A DNA stretch of 63,139 nt, counting the filler, from Aduncisulcus paluster (lineage: Eukaryota): the NCBI GenBank assembly GCA_024181965.1. It is 30 parts of 30 records of this genome, joined end to end, with 100 filler letters (N's around TTAATTAATTAA, not from the genome) between each part and the next. Parts side by side here need not be neighbours in the genome. Positions count along the whole stretch, not along the records: positions 1 to 1,470 come from BQXS01002281.1; positions 1,571 to 3,963 come from BQXS01002282.1; positions 4,064 to 5,448 come from BQXS01002285.1; positions 5,549 to 6,921 come from BQXS01002291.1; positions 7,022 to 8,268 come from BQXS01002295.1; positions 8,369 to 10,862 come from BQXS01002309.1; positions 10,963 to 12,241 come from BQXS01002314.1; 23 more parts are not named here. The stretch is one strand, 5' to 3'. The position numbers and the translations under genes were made by a program. Positions 1 to 12,341 of the stretch are shown here, piece after piece. Below the pieces are notes generated by a model. It worked only from the letters and a program-made list of their open reading frames with translations, was not told the origin of the DNA and ran no database searches. How positions within the stretch are numbered: the first letter of the stretch is position 1; each line of letters begins with the position of its first letter.

Positions 1-1
1 G

Positions 2-1470
2 TTATTTTTCTAATGCCATAAGCTGATTTTTTAATTTAATGATAAATTCAGCACCTCTATATTTTTTCTTCTCATACTCATATTCTTTATTTGATACAGT
101 GATTGTACCTCCAGATTTTTCAATTATGAGCTTTGACATATAAAGTCCTACTCCACTCCCGTTTTTATGTGATTTTGTTGTAAATTTATAGTCAAATAAT
201 TTATCTATTATTTTTTCATCTATTCCATTTCCATTGTCATAAAAAGAGATTTGGATACCATCTTCTATTTTACTGATACCTATAAAAATTAATTTTTTCT
301 CTAGATTTGATTCTTTTAAAACATCTCTTGCATTACTCAAAATATTCATAAAAACCTGTATAAGTTCATTTTGCAAACCAAGATATTCTATTTCTGAATT
401 TTCCATTACTAATTCTATATTGTGTTTTTTAAATTTAGAATGCAAAAGACTTATTGTTTTTTCAATAGTTTGTGAAACATTAAATAGTTTTTTAATTTTA
501 TCTTTTTTATAAAAATTACGAAAATCATCAATTGTTGTAGAAAGATAATCTACAGATTTACTTATATTATCAAGACCATTTCGTAAAATNNNNNNNNNNN
601 NNNNNNNNNNNNNNNNNNNNNNNNNNNNNNNNNNNNNNNNNNNNTTTAAACCACTTGAAACTGTACTAATAATAGATAAAGGTTGTCGCCATTGATGTGC
701 AATATTTTCTATCATCTCACCCATTGCTGCCATTTTTGATTGTTGGGCTAATAGCTGATCTTTCTCTTCAACTCTTCTTTTATAATGTTCAAATCTTCTT
801 TCTATCATATATGACATCATAAAAGAAAAAATAATAACAATCACAAGTAAAAGAAAAAACACCATAATAATATTGATAGTATTTTCATGATTTTTTTTTG
901 TCAATTCTTCCTTTTTCTTTTGAACAATACTATTTAAATCATTAGTATAAAAACCAGAACCAATAGTCCACTCCCATTTTTTATGTGGAAGTAAATAGGA
1001 AACTTTATTTATATCTTTTCCTGTTTTTGAATACAAATATTGATAAAACATTCCGTCATCTTCTTGCATTTTGAATAAATCACTTAAGAATTCATCTTTT
1101 ATGACTCCATTATATACGACACTTTGTGTCCCTATAAGATTTGTATTTTGGTGAGAGATTAGAGTTCCATTTTTGTCGAATATAAAAAGATAATAATTTT
1201 TACCGTAAGTATATAAAGAGAGTCTTTTTGTAATTGATCTTTTAATAGACTCTTCGTAATCTTCAAAATACTCCCCTGTTCCTATAAAACAATTCAATGG
1301 AGCAAAATATTTTGCAAAACCTATTTTTTTTGATTGTTGTTGTTTTTCATTTGGTTTATACCACCACCAAGTATAAAATCCTTCACCATTTTGAAGAGTT
1401 AAGTCTCGCATATCTCTAACGGTAAAAGCACCTTTAACATCTTGAAAGTTTAAAAAACTAGTACCTTCTA
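2..1470 (-). CDS. Cache-domain sensor histidine kinase, 5'-partial (Campylobacterota-like)
   Basis: Cache-like periplasmic region (WEWTIGSG), TM helix, H-box ENIAHQWRQPL, N-box NILSNARD, DNGNG and GSGVGLYMS boxes; internal N gap. Confidence 0.9.
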
Positions 1471-1570
1471 NNNNNNNNNNNNNNNNNNNNNNNNNNNNNN
1501 NNNNNNNNNNNNNNTTAATTAATTAANNNNNNNNNNNNNNNNNNNNNNNNNNNNNNNNNNNNNNNNNNNN
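1471..1570. other. Artificial contig spacer N-TTAATTAATTAA-N (first of 29 copies)
   Basis: Identical 12-mer flanked by N runs starting at about 1515, 4008, 5493, 6966, 8313, 10907, 12286, 13405, 14791, 15926, 18520, 19703, 20917, 22276, 23569, 24715, 25917, 27587, 28719, 29909, 31414, 33390, 34663, 36907, 38680, 40039, 41638, 59051, 61458; base composition and gene content usually change abruptly across them. Confidence 0.98.
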
Positions 1571-3963
1571 ATGATGAACGTCAACGGCAGGATCAGCCAG
1601 TGCAGGGGTAACCCCACGAGATGCTGCCAGATGAGCACCGAGAGGCCGAACGCCCCCGCGAAGGAGAAGGCCACCGTTCCGATAATGACGAAGGGGGCCA
1701 CCAGACTTCGCGTGATGACCATCATGATCAAGAAGATCAGGGTAAAGGCCGCGATAGCCGCGATGAGCAGATCCGAGGCGGCGTACTCCTTGATGTCCTT
1801 GTTGTTCGACCCGGCGCCACCGATGTAGACCTTGGACCCGGCCAACGAGGTCTCTTTGAGCGCCGTCGTGATGGCGTCCGGGAAATCGTTGACGTGCTCA
1901 ATACCTTCCGGCCCCATGGCATTACCCATATGGGTGACGATGAACCGGGCCGCCTTGCCATCCGGTGACATCATCAGAGTCATACCGGTTTTGATGTCTT
2001 CGTTGTCGAACGCCTCGTGCGGTATGTAGAAGAAGTCGTCGCTACGCGAGGCATCGAAGTCATTACCGACGTTGATCAAGTCGTCGAAGGTCTGGTCCGT
2101 CGCCGTGGCTTGCAGATTCGTCTGGCCATACGTGTTGACGATGAGCGCCTGCAAGGCATCCTGGTCATTGGCGGTGAGCTTCAGCAGCGCCACCATCTGT
2201 GGCAGCAGCCGGTCCACGACTTCCAGGGAGCCCACCGCGTCCTTGATGTCGGCGGCCAGCTTGTCGATGCTGTCNNNNNNNNNNNNNNNNNNNNNNNNNN
2301 NNNNNNNNNNNNNNNNNNNNNNNNNNNNNNNNNNNNNNNNNNNNNNNNNNNNNNNNNNNNNNNNNNNNNNNNNNNNNNNNNNNNNNNNNNNNNNNNNNNN
2401 NNNNNNNNNNNNNNNNNNNNNNNNNNNNNNNNNNNGATGTCGAAGCAGTGCGGTTCCCAGTAGAAGTAGTTGCGCAGTGGACGCATGAAATCGTCGAGGT
2501 TCGAGACCTTCTCATTCATGTCCTGGGTGACCTGCTGCATGTCCTCCATCGTCACGACGGTGTTGTGCATTTCGTCCGCGAGTTTCTGCGTCAGGTCGGT
2601 GGTCTGTCGCAGGACGGCGACGGAGTGCGCCATGATCTTGGCTTGCTGATCGGTATTGGCGTTCTGCGCCTTGGTAAACGGAAGTTGCTGACCGTTTCCG
2701 CTTCCCTGGGTCGTGAACAGGTACGGCAGGGAAGCATGTTCGAGCGCACGCCCCATGGGCCGGGTGATGCTCTGCACCATCGCGACACCGGGAAGCCGTA
2801 CCAGGCTCTTGGACACTCGGTCCAGGGAGATGAAGTCGGCTGAGTTGCGCATATCGTGGTCCGACTCGACCATGAGCATCTCGGTGAATAGCTTGCTCGG
2901 CGGGAAGTGTCTGTCCGCCGCCGCGAATCCTTCCTTGGCGGGAGCATCCGACGGCTGATAGGCGCGGTCGTCATAGCTCACTTGGTAGGTCGGCACGAAG
3001 ACCGCACCCACCAACACGGCTGCGGAGCTCGCCACCAAAATCGGTTTGGGCCAACGCACTACGCTCGCCCCGATGCGCCGGTACAGGTGTGCCCTGGCTC
3101 TCTGCTTGGGATCGAAGAGGCCGAACAGGCTGCCCAGGTGCAGCATCGCCGGCCCGAGAGTGAGCGCTGCCGCGATGGTCAACAACATGCCGATCGCGAC
3201 CGCCGGGCCCATGGTGTGGAAGTAGTTGAGCCGTGCGAAGCTCAGGCACAGGCCGGCTCCCGCGATGGTCAGGCCCGAGCCGATGATGACGTGCGAGACG
3301 CCGCGGTAGGCCGCGTAGAAGGCGTCCTCGCGATCCAATCCCGAGTTCCGTGCCTCGTGATACCGCCCGAGTAGGAAGATTCCGTAGTCGGTTCCGGCAC
3401 CGAGTGTCAGCGAGATGACGATGTTCACGGCGAACGAGGACAGCTCGATATATCCGAAGTGTCCGAGAGTGGCGACAACTCCTCGCGCCACCAGCATTTC
3501 GACCAGAACTCCGAACAACGGCNNNNNNNNNNNNNNNNNNNNNNNNNNNNNNNNNNNNNNNNNNNNNNNNNNNNNNNNNNNNNNNNNNNNNNNNNNNNNN
3601 NNNNNNNCCATCAGCAGCATGAAGATGATGAGGAAGATCGTCACGATGGTGATGTTGTTCAGGCTGGAGTTCGCGACACTCAAGGTGTCCGAGGCGAGCG
3701 GCGCCGCGCCGCTGACATAAACCTTCAGTCCTGCTGGCGGCGTGTCGTTGTCGATCATGTCCTTGACCGCTTCGACGGACTTGTTCGCCTCCATCTGGCC
3801 GATATCACCGGCCAAGCGCAACAACACGAACGCGGACTTACCGTCGAGACTCTGCGCGCCGGCCGCGGTGATCGGCTTGCCCCACGTATCCATGACGTAC
3901 TGGATGTGTGCGGTGTCGTTCTTCAGCCTGCGCACCAGTCCGTCGTAGTACTGGTGGTCGGCC
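1571..3963 (-). CDS. mmpL: MmpL-family RND transporter, partial at both ends (Mycobacterium)
   Basis: GAGTDYGIFLLGRYHE, VRWPKPIL, DMRNSADF, QSITRPMG, YFYWEPHCFDI and SPDGKAARFI motifs; frame changes only across N gaps. Confidence 0.93.
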
Positions 3964-4063
3964 NNNNNNNNNNNNNNNNNNNNNNNNNNNNNNNNNNNNN
4001 NNNNNNNTTAATTAATTAANNNNNNNNNNNNNNNNNNNNNNNNNNNNNNNNNNNNNNNNNNNN

Positions 4064-4151
4064 CTACTAAGGGAATCTCTGTTGATTTCTTTTCCTCCCC
4101 TTATTAATATGCTTAAATTCAGGGGGTAACCTTCCTTGATTTCAGGTCCAA
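4064..4151 (-). rRNA. Eukaryotic LSU (28S) rRNA, 5' end, partial
   Basis: Minus strand reads GACCTGAAATCAAG...ACCCCCTGAATTTAAGCATATTAATAAGGGGAGGAAAAGAAA, the conserved LSU 5' region. Confidence 0.93.
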
Positions 4152-4396
4152 TAAGTGAAATAAAAGTGAAATGGCGTAGAAAAGAGACTTACGATTACTT
4201 CTGTATGAAAAGTAATCTCTCTACTCAGAATGTAAACAAACTGAACAAAGAGAAGATTTTCTAAAAGCAAAAATAGACTCTATGATTTTCCACAGTATTT
4301 CGTTTTCATTAGATGATTGAATAGTTGGATTTAAGGATAAGCTAATAAATTAACTAAGATCCCATGGCCACAAAAGATTTTGTGATTTTTCAACCA
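4152..4396 (-). other. ITS2 (approximate boundaries)
   Basis: AT-rich spacer between 5.8S and 28S. Confidence 0.8.
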
Positions 4397-4553
4397 GACT
4401 CTGAAACAAAGATGCTCGCAAGCCCCCGAGGAGACTCACGGCAGAAATACGTTCGAGAACACGATGACTCACGCTTTGCATATCGCATCACCTTTCGCGT
4501 TGTGCTGCGCTCTTCATCGATGTGTGAGCCGAGACATCCACCGCTATGACTTA
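4397..4553 (-). rRNA. 5.8S rRNA
   Basis: Minus strand AGCGGTGGATGTCTCGGCTC..CATCGATGAAGAGCGCAGC..TCGAACG, conserved 5.8S motifs; ends approximate. Confidence 0.93.
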
Positions 4554-4790
4554 TAAAAAGTTATAGTATAATAAGTGAAAATATCTCAGATATAATTACT
4601 TGTTTTGTGTTAGGTTTACTGAAGCAAACTTAAACATAATTTTTCCTCTTATTTAAGATAAAACCCCAGAGAAAATATAAAAGGGCTACGAATTATAAAT
4701 GCTTTAAAATTCAGCTGAACTTCATATTGCTACAAAGCTCATACAACATGTTTTATGTGGAGGATTTTGATTTAAAATTCTCCAACTTTG

Positions 4791-4793
<3 letters not shown>
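4554..4793 (-). other. ITS1 (approximate boundaries)
   Basis: AT-rich spacer between 18S and 5.8S. Confidence 0.8.
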
Positions 4794-4855
<62 letters not shown>

Positions 4856-4966
4856 TCAAGGCTCGCGGAACTTCCCACACAGTGACTACAAGCAAGCAAG
4901 TAATCACAAGCCCCGTATTACGCAAGCATAACACTAAGGGCGCGCAGTCCAGACAACTCACCGGAA

Positions 4967-5002
<36 letters not shown>

Positions 5003-5448
5003 GATCCAGGGACGTATTCAGCGCACGTTGATGACGTGCACTTACGAGGTATTCCTGGTTCATGAGGGAAAATTACAAACCTCAATCCCCAGCGCGGACG
5101 GTTTTCACAAGATTACCCCAAACGCACAGCATACAAAGACAAAAGCCAATGTTTACCGCACATACCCCTTCGGGCTAGGAGACAACGGATGCCAGCACTG
5201 CAAGTAGGACTTACCAACCACCGAAGTGACCAGTAAGTGAATCCAACTCCGTTACCAACTCGTTAATCAGAGCTCGTTGAACCGTCCATTGTATTACGCG
5301 TGCAGCCCAAGACCATCTAAAGGGCATCCCTGACCTGTTGTTGCCAATAACTTCCCCTCGCTTGCGCAAGTAGTCCCTCTAAGAAGCGAAGAAGATGGAA
5401 TCCCCGAAGGGTACACCTCCCAATTACGACACTTTCGCCAGCCGAGTT
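4794..5448 (-). rRNA. Eukaryotic SSU (18S) rRNA, 3' part, divergent
   Basis: TTGTACACACCGCCCGTCGCTCC, AAGTCGTAACAAGGTTTCCGTAGGTGAACCTGCGGAAGGATCATTA on minus strand. Confidence 0.97.
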
Positions 5449-5548
5449 NNNNNNNNNNNNNNNNNNNNNNNNNNNNNNNNNNNNNNNNNNNNTTAATTAA
5501 TTAANNNNNNNNNNNNNNNNNNNNNNNNNNNNNNNNNNNNNNNNNNNN

Positions 5549-6725
5549 AAGTTCCAATTTTTGTTCTTCCTATACTACTTAAATAAGCATGCTCTGGACC
5601 AATAGAAGGGTAATCAATCCCACTAGCAATAGAGTGTACTGGTGCTGGTTCGCCATTTTCATCTGTTAGCATAATCGAATTAAATCCATGCATAACACCT
5701 TCTTTTCCATAAGTTAAACTAGCACTATGATCACCTACTTTATCACTTTTACCCATAGGTTCAACTCCATATAAATCTACAGCATCATCTATAAATCCAC
5801 TAAAAATACCCATAGCATTAGAACCACCTCCTACACAAGCAGCAACAACATCAGGAAGATTTCCTGTCATTTCATGAAACTGCTCTTTTGCTTCTATTCC
5901 TACAATAGATTGAAAATCTCTCACCATCAAAGGGAAAGGGTGTGGTCCAACAACAGAACCAATTGCAAACATTTGTGTATCTGTATCTNNNNNNNNNNNN
6001 NNNNNNNNNNNNNNNNNNNNNNNNNNNNNNNNNNNNNNNNNNNNNNNNNNNNNNNNNNNNNNNNNNNNNNNNNNNNNNNNNNNNNNNNNNNNNNNNNNNN
6101 NNNNNNNNNNNNNNNNNNNNNNNNNNNNNNNNNNNNNNNNNNNNNNNNNNNNNNNNNNNNNNNNNNNNNNNNNNNNNNNNNNNNNNNNNNNNNCTTCTTT
6201 TAAAGTTTTCAGTCCATGAGTTGCTGGAACTACTTTAGCTCCAAGTATTTGCATTCGCACTACATTTGGATACTCTTTTTGTATATCAACTTCTCCCATA
6301 TGTATCTCACACTCCAAGCCAAAATATGCAGCAGCAGTTGCAAGAGCAACACCATGCTGCCCTGCTCCTGTTTCAGCAATCAGTTTTTTCTTTCCTAAAT
6401 ATTTTGCAAGTAACCCTTCTGCCATACAGTGATTTAACTTATGTGCACCTGTATGATTTAAATCTTCTCTTTTAAGATAAATTTGTCCACCACCAATAAA
6501 GTCACTTAAATTTTTTGCATGATAAAGTGGTGTCGGTCTACCTTGATAATGTTTTCTTATTTTTCGGAGTTCACTAATATAATGGTGAGACTTTGATAGT
6601 CTCATATAAGCATCTTTTATCTCTTGAAATGGTTTTTCTAATTCAGGAGGAAGATAAGCCCCTCCAAATTTCCCAAAATAGCCATTTTCATCTGGCATCG
6701 TATCTAAATATGGTCTTTTATTCAT
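5549..6725 (-). CDS. trpB: Tryptophan synthase beta chain, 3'-partial
   Basis: [14 protein letters not shown] (PLP lysine), [42 protein letters not shown]. Confidence 0.96.
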
Positions 6726-6777
6726 CTATATATCCTCTTGAAATATTATAGCGAATTATTTATTATGTATTTTTTAT

Positions 6778-6921
6778 TTAAAGGGATAATTGTTCTGGTT
6801 TTCCTAAATGATACCCTTGAGAATAATCAACTCCCATAACTTTCAAAATTTCCAATATCTCCTCTTTATAAACAAACTCACCAATAGTTTCAATTTTTAA
6901 CCTTTTTGCAAAACTTACAAT
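6778..6921 (-). CDS. EAL-domain phosphodiesterase, C-terminal fragment
   Basis: Manual translation IVSFAKRLKIETIGEFVYKEEILEILKVMGVDYSQGYHLGKPEQLSL*. Confidence 0.85.
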   Translation of the reverse strand: MVSFAKRLKIETIGEFVYKEEILEILKVMGVDYSQGYHLGKPEQLSL

Positions 6922-7021
6922 NNNNNNNNNNNNNNNNNNNNNNNNNNNNNNNNNNNNNNNNNNNNTTAATTAATTAANNNNNNNNNNNNNNNNNNNNNNN
7001 NNNNNNNNNNNNNNNNNNNNN

Positions 7022-7245
7022 CCGATCGCGATGCCCAACACGAACCATCGCAACACCGGGCGCTCCCGCCAGCTCCATAATGTTGGCGAAAGACCACCCA
7101 CGGCAACGATATTGAGCAGAATCGCCCAGAGCGGATGCACATGGACCAGGCCAAGACTCAGCACCACCACACCCACCGCGACCACGACGGCCACACACAT
7201 CGACGAGACGATGCCCTCTACCCACGGGGTGTCGGAGTCGGTCAT
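7022..7245 (-). CDS. Small mycobacterial membrane protein (DUF2537/Rv0882-like), 3'-partial
   Basis: TPW..G, hydrophobic helices, GLSPTLWSWRERPVLRW; overlaps the upstream methyltransferase stop (ATGA). Confidence 0.7.
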
Positions 7246-8082
7246 GGCGCGAGCCTAGCGCGCTCATAGAACGCCAACGCCGCGGCGGTGGCGACGTTCA
7301 ACGAGTCGGTGCCATTGGCCATGGGGATGCGCACGCGCACATCGCTGGCACGCAACGCGACATCGGTCAGCCCCGGCCCCTCGGCACCCACCATCAGCGC
7401 CACCTTCTCGTCCCGCAATGACGGGATCGCATCGGCCAGGGCCTGCGAGTCGCCGGCGGGAGTCATGGCCAGTAGCCGGAATCCGTTGTCCCGCAGCCTG
7501 TACAACGACTTCGGCCATTCCGGAAGACGCGCGAAGGGCACCAGTAGCGCATGTCCCATGGACACCCGTACCGCCNNNNNNNNNNNNNNNNNNNNGTACC
7601 GCCCTGCGATAGAGCGGGTCGGCGCAGCCGCTGCCGAAAAGGACGGCATCGACCCCCATTCCGGCAGCGTTACGAAAGATCGAACCCAGATTCTCGTGAT
7701 CGTTGACGCCCTCGAGCACCGCCACGGTGCGAGCGCTCTGCATCAGTTCGGCCGCCGACAGCTCCTCGGGGCGACGCGACGCCGCGAGCACCCCACGATT
7801 GAGATGGAAGCCAACGACTTCCGCCATGACTTCGGCGCTGGCCCGGTAGTACGGAACGTCAACCGGTTTGAGATCGGCTGCCAACTCGGCCAGGCGACGA
7901 TCGGTGCCCAGGAGCGCGAAGGGCTGGAAGCGCGAGGCCAGCATGCGCTGCGCCACCAATACACCCTCGGCGATCACCAGACCCTTGCCGCTGGGCAGAT
8001 CGGGCCGGCGGTCGACGCTGTTGAGATCGCGGAAACTGTCCAAACGCGGATCGGCGGCATTGTCGACGTCGATGACCAACAT
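7242..8082 (-). CDS. TrmH/SpoU-family RNA methyltransferase (Rv0881-like)
   Basis: LEGVNDHENLGSIFRNAA, RVSMG, GAEGPGL, IPMANGTDSLNVATAAA; frame change at a 20-N gap with duplicated flanks. Confidence 0.93.
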
Positions 8083-8268
8083 CTAGGCCCGCCTGCCCAG
8101 CGGGGTCGGTTCACATACCGGGGTTGCGGCGGGAGCGGGTGGGACAACACCGCTGCCTTCCGGAACCTCTTCGGCGACAACCGGACACGGATGCCGGCGC
8201 AGATACACCGCACACGCCAGACCCGCGGCCAACGACACCAGCCCACCAACCAACAGCGGCATGCGGCC
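8083..8268 (-). CDS. Membrane protein C-terminal fragment (possibly MFS transporter)
   Basis: Manual translation GRMPLLVGGLVSLAAGLACAVYLRRHP...LGRRA*, stop abuts the methyltransferase ATG. Confidence 0.5.
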   Translation of the reverse strand, partial: GRMPLLVGGLVSLAAGLACAVYLRRHPCPVVAEEVPEGSGVVPPAPAATPVCEPTPLGRRA

Positions 8269-8368
8269 NNNNNNNNNNNNNNNNNNNNNNNNNNNNNNNN
8301 NNNNNNNNNNNNTTAATTAATTAANNNNNNNNNNNNNNNNNNNNNNNNNNNNNNNNNNNNNNNNNNNN

Positions 8369-10862
8369 GCGCTGCCAGGAATCACCGCGAGGACCCGGTC
8401 GCCATCGCGCTCGGCATCACTCAACCGCTTGAGCACCAGAATTCCGCAGCCTTCGCTACGCACGTAGCCGTCGGCGGAGGAGTCAAAGGTCTTGCAGCGC
8501 CCGACGGGCGACAACATCCTGGCGCGTGAAGCGGCGATGGTCGTCACCGGACTCAGCAGCACGTTCACACCGCCGGCCAGCGCCAAATCGCAGTCACCGG
8601 AATGCAGGGCCTGGACGGCCTGATGCACGGCCACCAACGCCGAGCTGCACGCGGTATCGACCGCGACCGCCGGTCCCTCGAATCCCATCGCGAAGGCAAC
8701 GCGCCCGGAGATCGCGTTGAGCGCATTGCCGGTGATGAAGTAGGGCTCGATCTTGTCGATCGACTCCGACGAGAGCAGGTGGGCGTACTCGTTGGCGCCC
8801 ACCCCGGCGAAGATGCCGGTTCGGCTGCCGCGCAACGCGGCCGGCGAGTATCCGGCTCTTTCCAGGCCCTCCCATACGGTTTCGAGCATCAGTCGCTGCT
8901 GCGGCTCGATCCAGACGGCTTCACGTGGGGAGATGCCGAAGAACTCCGGATCGAATCCGTCAATGCCGTCGAGGAATCCGCCGAAACGCGTGTACGTCTT
9001 ACCGGCGACCTCCGGATCCGGGTCGTAGAACTCGTCGATATCGAAGCGGTCCTCGGGGACTTCCCTGATCACATCGACGCCGCCGGACAGCACCTCCCAG
9101 AAGGCCTCCGGATCGGGTGCACCGGGGAACCGGCACGACACCNNNNNNNNNNNNNNNNNNNNNNNNNNNNNNNNNNNNNNNNNNNNNNNNNNNNNNNNNN
9201 NNNNNNNNNNNNNNNNNNNNNNNNNNNNNNNNNNNNNNNNNNNNNNNNNNNNNNNNNNNNNNNNNNNNNNNNNNNNNNNNNNNNNNNNNNNTGCGTGTTG
9301 TCGCTGCCGTCCGTTGCGGCGCCGACTTGGCCTGCTCGTTGAGGCCGAGCACATCGCCGAGCAGATAGTCGGCAACATCGGAGATGCGGGGATGATCCAT
9401 CACCAGGGTGACCGGAATCTCCTTGCCCACACCCTGTTCCATGCGACGCCGCAGTTCGACGGCCATCAGCGAATCCATGCCGAGGTCGAAGAATCCCGCA
9501 TCCTCGCGGATCTCGGACACGTCCACGCGGGTCACCTCGGCGACCGAGTCGCGCAAGTAGTCGGTCAGCAGCTTCTTGCGCTGCTGAACGGGGGCGTTCG
9601 TGAGCCGCTCGACCAACTGCGTCGTGCCCGACTGCGTACCCGTGACCGACGCTGCGAGATGCGACGGCACCTCGCGCTCCAACTCGGCCAGGAATGCTCG
9701 TCTCCCCGCCTGCTGGTAGAGCGGCAGGAAGCGGGCCCAGTCGATACGTGCGACGACACCCTGTGCCCCACCGTTCGATGAAGAAGCCGCGACGACNNNN
9801 NNNNNNNNNNNNNNNNNNNNNNNNNNNNNNNNNNNNNNNNNNNNNNNNNNNNNNNNNNNNNNNNNNNNNNNNNNNNNNNNNNNNNNNNNNNNNNNNNNNN
9901 NNNNNNNNNNNNNNNNNNNNNNNNNNNNNNNNNNNNNNNNNNNNNNNNNNNNNNNNNNNNNNNNNNNNNNNNNNNNNNNNNNNNNNNNNNNNNNNNGACG
10001 TCGGCCATACCGGCCAGCGCATCGGCAGGCGACAACGTCTTGATCCCGCGCTGCTCCAGTCGCGCACGGGATTCCGCGTCGGCCATGCCCGCCGACCAAG
10101 GACCGAAGTTGACGCTGGTTCCGGCAATACCCTGCTCGCGCAGGCGCCAGGCCAGCCCGTCGAGGAAGGCATTGGCCGCGCTGTAGGCGGTCTGACCGTA
10201 GCCACCCCACACCGAGGCGATGGAGGAGGTGTTGATGAAGAAGTCAAGCTTCAGGCCAGCCGCGGCTTCGCTCAAATGCCAAGCGCCCCAGACTTTACCG
10301 GCGAATACGCGGTCCAGTTCGGCTTGCGCAGACGGACCATCGAGGTCGCTCAGCGGCGTGGTGCCGATCTCGCCCGCAGCGTGAACGATGCCCGCCAGTG
10401 GCGGTAACTCGGCCTGCACACCCGCCAACAGGCGTGCCACATCGTGCGCGTCGGCGACATCGGCGGTGACGACCCGGACATCGCAGCCGTGCTGCGCGCC
10501 GAGGGCGTCGATGCGCTGCTGCGCGGACTCGCTGGGTTCGCGCCGGCTCGTCAGCACCAGATGCTTGGCACCACGACCGGCCAGATACCCGGCGATCTCA
10601 AGCCCGATGGAACCCAGCCCGCCGGTTACCAAATATGTTGCGTCACTGCGCACTTCCAGCGGCGTGCCGCTTGGGGCTTCCTCCCGCCGAACCAGTCGGG
10701 GAACGTAGACCCCTTGACCGCGCAGTGCGATCTGGTCTTCCCTGGCGGCCGCGTCGCCCCATACGGAGACCCGGCTGATGAACTGCGACCACTCGTCGGC
10801 ACTGGCATCGGACAGGTCGGCGAGTCCGCCCCATACCTGTGGAAGTTCCAGTGCCGCAGCGC
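8369..10862 (-). CDS. pks: Type I modular polyketide synthase fragment (KR-ACP-KS), Mycobacterium
   Basis: KR GGLGSIG...YSAAN, ACP FFDLGMDSLMAVELR, KS DTACSS and DGYVRSEGCG. Confidence 0.95.
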
Positions 10863-11117
10863 NNNNNNNNNNNNNNNNNNNNNNNNNNNNNNNNNNNNNN
10901 NNNNNNTTAATTAATTAANNNNNNNNNNNNNNNNNNNNNNNNNNNNNNNNNNNNNNNNNNNNGCTTGGATAGAGATTCCATTATTTTTGGCATACATGTA
11001 TTTTTCAATTCCAATCTTGAAAATAAGAAACGAAAAGTTCTTTCTTAAATAATTTTCAAAAAAAAAGCTGAGCCACAGCCCAAGCTTAAATATACTTTAA
11101 TCAACAATTAATTTTGT

Positions 11118-11495
11118 TTATTCTACACACCATTTTTTAGCATCTTCAACATCCTCAAACATCCTACAAATCCAATTAGTATTCTGCATTTTCTTTTCGT
11201 AAGCTCGAACCAAAGTTTGTAAAAAACTATCTTTGGTAACATGAGCCACTTTTACTCTTCTATTCCATCTTGTTGCATGCTCTTCTAAACTCGATATCAC
11301 AAATACTTCACCCTCGGTTAAATTTATACATGAAACATCTGTAAAATCAGCTATTTGATAATTCATATGATTAAATTTTGAGTTACCATAAATCATACCA
11401 TTAACCTCTCTAAAATCGTTAAAAGTCAATTCCCCATAAAACCTCACATGTGCATCATTCTCTCTCCACTCAATCTCAAAACTCATAACTTCCAA
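11118..11495 (-). CDS. Hypothetical protein (possibly STAS/SpoIIAA-like fold)
   Basis: Complete 125-aa ORF ending FEDVEDAKKW, resembling SpoIIAA-like small proteins. Confidence 0.55.
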   Translation of the reverse strand: MEVMSFEIEWRENDAHVRFYGELTFNDFREVNGMIYGNSKFNHMNYQIADFTDVSCINLTEGEVFVISSLEEHATRWNRRVKVAHVTKDSFLQTLVRAYEKKMQNTNWICRMFEDVEDAKKWCVE

Positions 11496-11891
11496 ACTTA
11501 TTAACTCACAAAAATTTAAATTCTCAAAAATATCAACTTTATAATAATTTACAAGTTCGGATATTTTCTAGAAATTTTCATAGAATAATTAACACAAACT
11601 CCAATAACTGCAAACTCCCACAAAAAATGTGAGAGTCTATTTTATTTATAATCGCTTTTATCCGTAAAATCNNNNNNNNNNNNNNNNNNNNNNNNNNNNN
11701 NNNNNNNNNNNNNNNNNNNNNNNNNNNNNNNNNNNNNNNNNNNNNNNNNNNNNNNNNNNNNNNNNNNNNNNNNNNNNNNNNNNNNNNNNNNNNNNNNNNN
11801 NNNNNNNNNNNNNNNNNNNNNNNNNNNNNNNNNNNNNNNNNNNNNNNNNNNNNNNNNNNNNNNNNNNNNNNNNNNNNNNNNNNNNNNNNNN

Positions 11892-12241
11892 NTCTTCTTT
11901 CAACTGGTAAAAGACACCTCTTTCCTGTTCTAATTTAAGAATTTGATTTTTGCCATTTAAAACTTCTAAACACTTACTTACCTCCTCGTTACACATTCCT
12001 AAAATAGTACTTAAATATTCAAGCGTACAAGGTCGACGCGATATGGTTTCCAAAATTGCATTTTCTATATCTTTTCGATAAGATTGTTCCTTATTTGCTT
12101 GTTTAGGTTTAGCAATAATTTCAACATTTTTCAGCTGCCAAAAATCAATCACTCCTTGCAATTCCTTTTGAGTAGCACCTCTTAAATTAGCTACAGTTCC
12201 AGGTCTATCCAAAGTATTTAACTGAACTGAATCATGCTTAA
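11892..12241 (-). CDS. Radical SAM Fe-S oxidoreductase, C-terminal fragment
   Basis: VQLNTLDRPG...ILETISRRPCT wHTH-like tail typical of this radical SAM subfamily; catalytic motif outside contig. Confidence 0.65.
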
Positions 12242-12341
12242 NNNNNNNNNNNNNNNNNNNNNNNNNNNNNNNNNNNNNNNNNNNNTTAATTAATTAANNN
12301 NNNNNNNNNNNNNNNNNNNNNNNNNNNNNNNNNNNNNNNNN

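Noticed and set aside
4364-5207. Short ORFs within the rDNA
   Set aside because: They overlap clear 5.8S and 18S rRNA sequence.
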